IMG/VR virus record: IMGVR_UViG_3300012352_000177
Strand: one strand, 5' to 3'
Source: an uncultured virus (IMG/VR IMGVR_UViG_3300012352_000177)
Taxonomy: Duplodnaviria > Heunggongvirae > Uroviricota > Caudoviricetes > Crassvirales
DNA: 20,000 nt
The notes under the pieces are model-generated. The model saw only the letters and a program-made list of their open reading frames with translations, had not been told where the DNA came from and ran no database searches. Below are positions 1-9,400 of this stretch, piece by piece (the first letter of the stretch is position 1; every line of letters starts with the position of its first letter). A program made the translations under genes and the position numbers.

Positions 1-402
1 AAAGAGGCGGCTAATATGTTGGGTTATTTCTACTATGGAACACCTTCACAGATTCAAGCAGCAACAAGTTACTTTAAGGGAGTAGATCCATCAATCGTAG
101 GCATTAATCGTGCTAATGATAGGATTATTATTGAGAGAAAGAATGCTGATGGAGAGACAAGCTATAAAAGTATCTATATGCAGCAAGGAAGTAATAGATT
201 ATCTCAAAAAGAATTTATTCAAGCTGCATCACCTGAATTAGCAAAGATAAATGACATCTTTACAGGACTTGCTCAAGGAAGTTATGCTGAAGGTAAACCT
301 TTAAGTATTTACCAAGATAACCAAGGAAAGGGTACAATAATTAAAAACAGAACCGTAACAGGTGATGAGAACACTAATAAAGTAAACGCAGCACAATATT
401 AA
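1..402 (+). CDS. 3' part of a phage hypothetical protein (probably virion-associated), truncated by the window edge
   Basis: Frame is open from base 1 (AAA GAG GCG GCT AAT ATG) to TAA at 400-402, so the true start is probably upstream. It lies 11 bp before the giant gene on the same strand. Confidence 0.7.
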   Translation, partial: KEAANMLGYFYYGTPSQIQAATSYFKGVDPSIVGINRANDRIIIERKNADGETSYKSIYMQQGSNRLSQKEFIQAASPELAKINDIFTGLAQGSYAEGKPLSIYQDNQGKGTIIKNRTVTGDENTNKVNAAQY

Positions 403-413
403 TTAATTGTAAT

Positions 414-3400
414 ATGAACGAAAAAGCAATTCAAGACGCATATAAACTATTCAAGCAATCGGGTTATACAAAGAGCATTAATGAATTCAGAGTGCTCATG
501 AGTTCTAATCAAAATGCTGTAAATGATGCATATAAATTATTTAAGCAATCGGGATATACAAAAAGCGTAGATGACTTTAAAGTGCTCATGGGTTCAGGAG
601 CTCAAGTAAAAAAAAAACCTACTTCAGAATTGGATTCCAAATCGGGAAAACTTACTTCGGTTTCTTCTACCAATCAGAAAAGTAACGGAGAGTATACTTT
701 CCCGGGACAAACGGGAGTTAAGTTCAGGAAAGAAAACAATCAGTGGTATAGGAAAGATCCAACTGCTGCTGACTACATTGTAATTAAGGAGCCTGCTAGA
801 GTTAAAAACCTAGAGAAAAACGCTTTACAAACTACATCAAATACTAAACCAAAGGGGCAAGTTGGTATGGAGCAAGGATATCTTAAAAAGGGATATCAAA
901 AGATTAACAACAAGTACTACGATGGTAAAGGTGAGATATTCACCAACTATCCCGGAAAGGAAGGAAAAGCTTATAGATTCAGTAATGGTCAATGGTTTGA
1001 ACAAAGCCAATATATTGACGCAAAGAATGTACTTGCTAATGGTGAAGATATGAGCGTTACTGTATTGAAGTCCCCTATCAAGGACCCAATGCGTATAAAC
1101 GCCCTAAACAAACAATTCAAGAAATGGGGTACTTCTGAGAATGGAGTATTATTAGGATTCCCGGGTAAAGAACAGAACGAATACCGAGTTGTAAATAATC
1201 AATGGCAGAGAAGATCTCCTGAGAATAAGACTTGGGTAAATGTTACAAACCAAAACTCTGTAACAGCACTTAACGACTACTTCAAGAAACAAGTTAAGTT
1301 TGAACCTGAAAAAGTAGATAATCTTAAGCAAGATAACATATATTCTAAAAACTTTGACACCAATATTAAATCAATTAATTCATCATTAATTGGTGGAGAA
1401 GAAGAGAATGCTGTAGAGGTTCTTAGAAAGAAATTTCCTGCAGCAAATGGATGGTTATTTGAAGAGACAGGTGCAGGAGATAGAATAATAATTACTGCCC
1501 CGAATGGTCAGAAAGAAACATTTACTCTTGACAATTGGACTTGGGATGATGATAAGAGAAATGCACAGCAAATGATTGGATGGATGCAGGCTAATAATTT
1601 GGCTCCATCTGAGAAAGAAACTTATGATAGATATAAGAAAGCTACAGTTGCTCAAGGAGAAGGAGCAAAAGAAGAAGTAGAGACAATAGTACTACCGGGT
1701 GGTGGTTCTTTAAATATACAGCAGCCTGTTCTTAATAAAATGTATTTGAAAAATGAAGAGGTTGCAAGGCAGGCAAGAAATGAATGGATGCCTATTAAAA
1801 GTCAAAAGGTTCAAGATATAAAGTCTCAATATTCTGCATATATATCTGATAAGGGTGCTTTAGATAAGCATACTCAAGAAAGAGCTCAGGCAGCTCTTGG
1901 CGCATTAGCAGAAGATAAAGAGACAATAAGACAAGTTAATGCATATCAAAATGATATCAAATATAATATTGAGTCATTTAATAAAAAACAAAAAGAAGCT
2001 GAGCTATACGTAACAAGCTTAAACTCAAAGTTTTTAAATGGAGAGATAACAAAAGAAGATTTTGATTCTCAGTTAGGATCTAAACAGAAAGAACTATTAG
2101 ATCAAGAACAGGAAATAAAGAATCAAATTAAGTCATCTGATAACTTAACTAGAACAGCTAATATGGCTGCAGCAGAGAATTATCTTGTTCAGGAAACAAA
2201 AGGTAGTCTTGGAGGTGGTTTAACACTTAGCTTTATAAAAGGAATGGTTTCGCCCTTGAGATTAATTGAGGGTGCAATGGGAATGGATACAAGTGCATCT
2301 GCATGGCATAAACAAGTTACTGATGCAATAGCTCCGATTTGGGATTATGAGACATCACTTGAATACCTTCGTTCTGAAGAAAGACCTGACCTATATAAAT
2401 CAGCGTTCTCAGTAGCTGAATCACTAGGGGCAATGGCTCCTTTAATTGCATCAGGTGGTGCTACTTTGCTTGGAGAAAGTGCTTTAGCTACAGGTACAAT
2501 GACTGCAGCTGCGTTCTATCCTATGTCTTATTATGAGATGAAGGATGAACTTGAGAATATTGATATGCCTGAGGAAGATAAGATTGCTTTATCATCCGTA
2601 TATGGATTGGTATCATCTGCATTTGAATCCATAGGTATGGAGTATGCAATGGGTAAGGTAAGTACTCCTATTCAAACAGCTATAAAGAGAAACATACTAA
2701 AGAATGTTGTAGGTAAAGAGATACCTAAAAATGCTTCAAAGGAATATATTGATGCTCTTGTAAAGAGTGAGACCAAGGCATACGTTGCAAATTTAGTTGC
2801 AAGCACTGCAGGATCAATGGCTGTTGAGGGCGGAACTGAAGCTCTTCAAAGTTTATCAGGTGCCGGTATGAAAGAAATATATGACCGGTATAAAGGGAAT
2901 AATGAGCTATTTAATAATGAAGGATTACAAGGTGTAATGAAAGAAGCCCTTTACGAAGGGTACCTTGGTGCATTAGGTGGTGGTATGACGCATAGCGTTT
3001 ACATAGCATCTGATGCGGTAAAACGTGGTAAAGCATTAAACAGCAAGGAGCTTGGAATGCTCATGATGGCTGCTAAGACAGATGGTATGAGTGAGACACT
3101 TATGACCAACTTAAAGTCAGATATGTTAAATGGTCGTATTACAAAGACAGAGGCTGAAGAGATTGCTAATAACTTTCAAATGGTTCGTGGCAACATGGAA
3201 CAGATGCCTGAGAACTTAACACCTGAAGCGCAGTCTGTATCATTGAGCCTAATGATGGAGCGCGACAGACTAGATAAACAAGTCGCAGGGAAAGACCCGA
3301 ATCTCGTTAAGCCGCAGACAACGCGTATTGCTGAGATAAATAATCGTTTACAACAAATATCAGAAGAAAATGCCGTTCAAGAGCAAGCAACAGGTGAAGT

Positions 3401-6400
3401 TCCTGTACAGTCAGAAACCGGAGTTAGCGAAGAAGTGGCGGGAGGAGTATCCCAACCAACCACTGAACAAGTTACCACAGAAGGTGAGCAAGCTAAAACA
3501 GAGGTCGCTAAACAAGAAGAAAAAGTAGCTCCAAGTACTGAAGCTGAGTTAGACTTCGAGGTTACACCTGAGATTGATCAAGAGGCTGTTAACCTTGAGA
3601 AGCTATTGGCTGATGAGGGTATTACTATTGAGACACCTGTTACTGAGGCTCCTATAACAGAAGAGACTGTTACTGAGGAAGCTCCTGTAGCAGAGGCTCC
3701 TTTAGCAGAGGCTCCTGTAGTAGAAGAGACTGTTACTGAAACGCCAAATGTAGAAGTAGGTGGTATTGTAAGAGGTTATGAAACCATATCAGGAGAAGAA
3801 GCTGTAGGTGACGTAAGATCAAAGCTACCTAATCAAAACAATGGTACAGTTGTAATAGAAGGTCAAGATGGAAATCAATATGCCGTTGCGTTCTCAAGAA
3901 AAGGATCAGACGGTAAAAATATCTTTGAGCAAGGAACAACAACTCAACGTCCGGGATACATATCAGCATCTGTTAAGATTGATGAGAATGCTACACCTGA
4001 GCAGATACAAGTCGCTCAACAGGAAGCTCAGAGAAATCTAGAGATGATTCTACCGGCCGTTGTAAACGGGTCGATAAACACACAAGCTGTGAACGAGATC
4101 ATGGCACAACAAGCTGTTGCCCAACCATCCGGAGAAACCGGACAGTTGCCGGTTGCTGAGACAGCTGTGGTTGAAGAAGCTCCTGTAACTGAGACAGCTC
4201 CTGTAATTGAAGCAGCTCCTGCTAAAAAGCCAAAAGCTCCTAAGAAGTTAACTAAGAAGGAAGTACTTCAGAAATATAATGATTATATCGACTCATTGAT
4301 TAAGGATGAGAAAGAGAGATCAGATAGAAGAATTGCTCAGCTTGCTAACCAAAGAAACTCAGCTACAGGTCAAAGACGTACTGAGTTAACTCAGGAGATG
4401 CAAGACTTAGAGTTTGCATTCAAAGCTAAGAAACGTGGCTTAGAGAGCAAGAAAGACGACAAGCAAGCTGCAATTGATTTCAATGAGCAAGGAAATATTA
4501 AGCCTGCTGACATATTATTCCAACTTGACTCTAGCCAAGAGTCAGCTGATAAAAAGAAAGAGCTACTAGAAACAGCTACCGCAATGATGGAAGAGGCTGA
4601 GAAGGAAGGATTCTCTGAGACAGCTTTTACAGCAGAACAACCTGAACCACAGGTTGATTTGATTACTATTGATATTAAAGAGAATACGGAGCTAGCAGAT
4701 AAGGTACAAAGAATGGGTCTTTCTGAGCTTATTGGAAAGAAAATTAACCTTGTAATGGCAGATCAACTAAAGGTTGACAAAGGTCTTATGGGTGGACCTT
4801 TCTTTCCTTTAATTAATAAGCTATTCGGAAAGGTTGCATGGGCATCTATTAATGACACAGCCGCCATAAAGATTATCAACGGAGCAATTAAGTCTGACTA
4901 TACCGTGGTATATAACATGAACCCGGAAGCTATTGACTCTAATGTAGCAGTGCTTGACTCATTTGAAAGAAAGATTCAAGAGCTACCTAAGAAAATGCAA
5001 CAGCAAGTATTCACTGAGATTACTGAGTACTTAAATGAGAAGAAGTTTGGGGAGAAGACAGAGGAGATACAAAAGATAGCATCTGAGTCAAAGAACCTAA
5101 ATGACTTATTGGCTAAGCTAAATGAGTTAGATGTAGATACCATTGCTGCGGTTGTTAAGAGTGTACTACCATCAAAGACTGTTAACGCAGGAACTAAGAT
5201 TGGTGCTACACTTCAGTCTCAAAATATTAGTATTGAGGACATCAGAGCAGAGAACATCGAACAGTTTGTAGCGGACCTTCCTGCCGGAGCTTTGACTATG
5301 GTATTGCAGGTAACTGACAAGAATGGTAAAAAGGTAACTAAGCAGACAGCAAGAGAGGCTCTTATGAGTAGAGAACAGCAAAAAGCTGAGGGTCTACCTA
5401 TACATAAAAACTATCCTGTATACATTAGAGGTAAGGCAGTTGGTATCTTAAAAGAGACCACTCCTTTTTGGAATGTATTTAAGGATGCAATTAACGAGAT
5501 AAACGTAAAAGTTGCAGGTGTTGTTAAGCACTCTACAGGGAGAAACATAACATCAAAAGAGGCTCTATCTAATGAGATGAGAAGCGCGTCAATGACTGCT
5601 TCACAGGCGAGAAAAGTTTCTGAGCCAACGGTTGATATGTATCAGAAGTTTGTAAGCGTATTGTCTCGATCTATTCCGGGAGTAAATGTTGTTACATCTC
5701 AGAAAGAGTTCAATGACCTACTAGACAACTTAAACACTCAAAAGCTATCTACTAAAAACCAAAAGGTATATGGTGCTGTGTACAAGGGTAAGATTTATTT
5801 GAATCCATCACTACAGAACTACAACACACCTATCCATGAGTTTGGACATATTTGGCTTAATGTAGCTAAGACAGCAAATAAAGATCTATACAATAAAGGT
5901 ATTGACCTTATTAAAGGGTCTGAATATGTTGATCAGATTAAAAACAATAAAGACTATCAGCGTGTAACAAACGAGATGGCTAAGAATGGTGCTACTCAAG
6001 AGGAGATTGACAACTACATCTATGAGGAGGCACTAGCTACTGCAATTGGTGACAAGGGTGAGTCATTTGTTAAAGCATCTCAAGCTCTAAAAGATTTTAA
6101 GAGTTGGTTAGATAAGCTATACTCATTTGTAAGAAAGCTAACGGGTATATCTAAGTACACGCCTGAGCAGTTACAAGACATATCACTTGATGAGTTCTTA
6201 CAGGCTGTATCTGTAGACTTATTATCCGGAGAGAAGCTATTTGATGTGACCGAGGGTAGTATGTCCGATGCGCTTCAGTTAATGTCCAAGAGCAATAACA
6301 TATCTAAAATTATTGATGCAGCTAGGAAGAACAACATATCTGACCAAGCCATAAAGTTGGTATTGGCAAGAAAAGGTTTTGCTGTTTCTGATATAAACGA

Positions 6401-9400
6401 TGCATTTGATACTGCTATTCAAGCTGAAGAGAATTTAGCTGAGACGCTTGAAGGATATTCTGAGTTAATGTCTAAGGTTGATGCCATGATTGCCCGTCAA
6501 CAAAAGAGAAATACAGAGCCATCTAAAATCTCTAAGAACGTGGATGCACTTGTAAGAAAATCTGATGTATATCAAAATGCTACAGACTTACAAAAGAAAG
6601 CAATTGAGGCTAATACAAAGGCTAAGACAGGTACTAGACAAACAGTTGCTCCATCATACGGTAGAATTTTAGGTGCTGTTGGAGATATTGAAAACTTAAC
6701 CTCAAAAGAAAAAATAGCTATTGCTAATAGAATAGCCAAGTTAGCTAAAGATGCATCTGCTAACTTAGCAGATGAGATTAAAGACTTAGTTAAGTCAGGT
6801 AAAATTTCAGCCAAACAAATGGTAAGTGTATTTAACAGATTGAAATCTGTTAACTTACTAAATGAGGTATCAGTGATGAAATTCATTGACTACATGGCTA
6901 AGGTCTTTAATAACGCTGAGTATGCTCAACAAGTAAGTACAGCTAAATCATTACAGTCAAAGGTTAAGAATAACGCTAAGACTAAACTTGGTATTGCTAA
7001 CGACTTGATTTCTGAGATCCTTATAATGGCTTCTATTAACCCATCATTGATCCCATCTAAGGTGTTTAATACGTACTTGGAGACTATGAATATGCTTGGG
7101 CAAAGAACGGCTGTTCTAAAGCTTGAGGAGAGGGGAGAGCTTACGCAAAAGGTTGCTGACATTTTAGACGCAGTTAACGAGGAGTTATCTGTAGCTAGTG
7201 AAATGGCTGAACAGTTTGACAACTACGAGCAAAAAGAATTAAATAAGGAGGGTAAAGTAGACTTTGCTAAGACGTTGAAAAAAATGATAGACGATGGCAC
7301 CATCACGGAGGCTCAAGCTGACATAATGCGTAAGTACAAAGCAGAGATAGTTGATAGTGAGTCTACAAAGAAGACTGAGGAAGAGCTTGCTGAAGAGAAG
7401 AAGACTTTGCTTGGAGTTCTTAAAAAAGACGTTATAACTGATGAGGCTATTAAAGATTTACCATCAAGACTAGAGAGAGAATTAGCTAACTCAATTAAAT
7501 CATTACTTAAGACTGATGCTGTTAACAGATTGAATAACACTACATTAAAGAACTTATTAAAGTTAGTTGACAATATCAATAATGGCTTTGTTCCTCACTA
7601 CGCAGAGAAAATGAAGGAGAGATTGAATGCTATTAATAGCTCATCTATATTATCATCTTCTGTTAAAAAAGCGAATCCACTTAGAGTAAGCACTGTATTA
7701 AGTAAGATTAAAGCATTCTTTACTGAGAAGTATACAAAAAGAGATTATGTTCTAGATATGGAACGTAGTATTTCTTTAGCAAATATTGATCAGGTTTTTG
7801 GTGATTTTAAGACAGAGAATATATCAGAGTCAATGTTTGAACCATCTAGAAAAGCACAAGCTGCATTTGAAACAATGTTTAAAAAGGCTCAAGATAAGTT
7901 AGAGAAAGCAAGAAGAGATGTGTTTATTTCTTTAGGTAAGAATTCAAATAAAACAATTATGTCTGATTTTAAGATAATGACATATTTGTTGCAACTTGAA
8001 AGTAATTCAAATCCTAACAGTAAGCAAGTAAACAATGCTGTTGACTTTATCAATGCAACAATAGCTCAAATTAATCGAAAAAAATCAGCTAACTATACAA
8101 ACAAAGATGCTAAGTTCTTAAATGAGATATTAGATAAATATACTAATCAAAGATCTTTAGAGAATAAGTATGGTAAGCCGTATGGAAAATTTACTTCAGA
8201 AGAAAAGGCTAGTGTTGAGTTGGATATTAATAAGATCTATAACTCATTTAACTCAGCAGAAAAAGCTTCTATTAAAACTATTCAGGAAGTAAATGACTCT
8301 ATGACTGAGAAGGCTGTATACACAGCAGGAATCATTCGAGGTGATAAGATTAATCCAATTGCTGATTATGTTCCTCATATTGTAACAAAAGACATTTTAC
8401 CGGGTGAAGAGATTTCAGGAGCAAGTGATGTAAATAACTTTAATAACTCAAGAAAGCCATCTACTAAGGCTAGTAACTTAGTAGAGCGTACGGGTACTGT
8501 CACAGCAATTAGCTTTGATCCATATAAATCTACATCTAATGCAACAAAGAATGTATTATTAGATTTCTATATGACTGAGCCTATCAGGACGGCAAGGATG
8601 ACAATCAATGAGACGCGTAAGAGACTAGAGGATGATGGTATTACTGAGCAACAAAATTTATTTTTAAATGCTATTGAAAATGCATTTGAGGAAGCTACAA
8701 AGAATGTATTACAAACTAACTTCCAACAAGACGAGATACTAAGTAAAGCGGCTAGTATTATTACAAAAGCCGGATATAGATCTTTGCTAGGAACAAGTAC
8801 AGTTCGTACTGCATCAGAGCTATTATCTAACATGAGTGCTGTTGCATTGATGGAAGGAAAAGCATTTCTAAAAGGAGTATCCAAAGAATTAAGGAAATAC
8901 ACCAATCCGGAAGAAGGACTTGAAATCATGATAAACAGTGGTTCAAATGCACCTCAACGAGTATTTGGAGGAAGTACTCAAGGTGGTATGTTTATTGATC
9001 CTGCTATTGCAAATAGCGCAGTTGGTATGAAAGATTCAGCTGCAAAAACAAAGCTAGAGAATACAATGCAAATGATCTATAATAGATCACTTAAGCACCC
9101 TGTTAATTGGATTGAGACTACATCAGATGTAATGATGTCAGCTCCTGATATTATTGTAACAAGACCAACATGGTTTGGTGCATATGCTAATGAGTTTAAG
9201 AAGGTAGCAGGAAAGGATGTAGACTTTGATAAGATTAAGGCTAACGATGAGGCGTACATGAATGAGAATAAGGATGCCATTGAAGCTGCAACAAAGAAAG
9301 CAGATAAGGCTGTATTCAAGTTGAGTGCTACGAATAATCCTTACATGGGTATATTGAGAAATAATATCTCACCTGACTCAAAAGGTATAGCTAAGACTAT

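Noticed and set aside
862..1053. 63-aa +1-frame ORF inside the giant gene
   Set aside because: TTG start, no recognisable pattern, and it overlaps a repeat domain that is constrained in the main frame.
4040..4160. GC-richer patch with a Cys-rich +2 frame
   Set aside because: No start codon in that frame after the preceding stop, and no slippery site seen.
9210..9236. GKDVDFDKI resembles the DxDxD catalytic motif of virion RNA polymerases
   Set aside because: It lies in an apparently all-helical context with no recognisable double-psi beta-barrel motifs. A structure search would be needed; likely coincidence.
1455..9319. Several - strand ORFs (66-120 aa) opposite the giant gene
   Set aside because: Antisense shadows of a codon-biased gene, with Ser/Leu/Phe-rich composition and no motifs.
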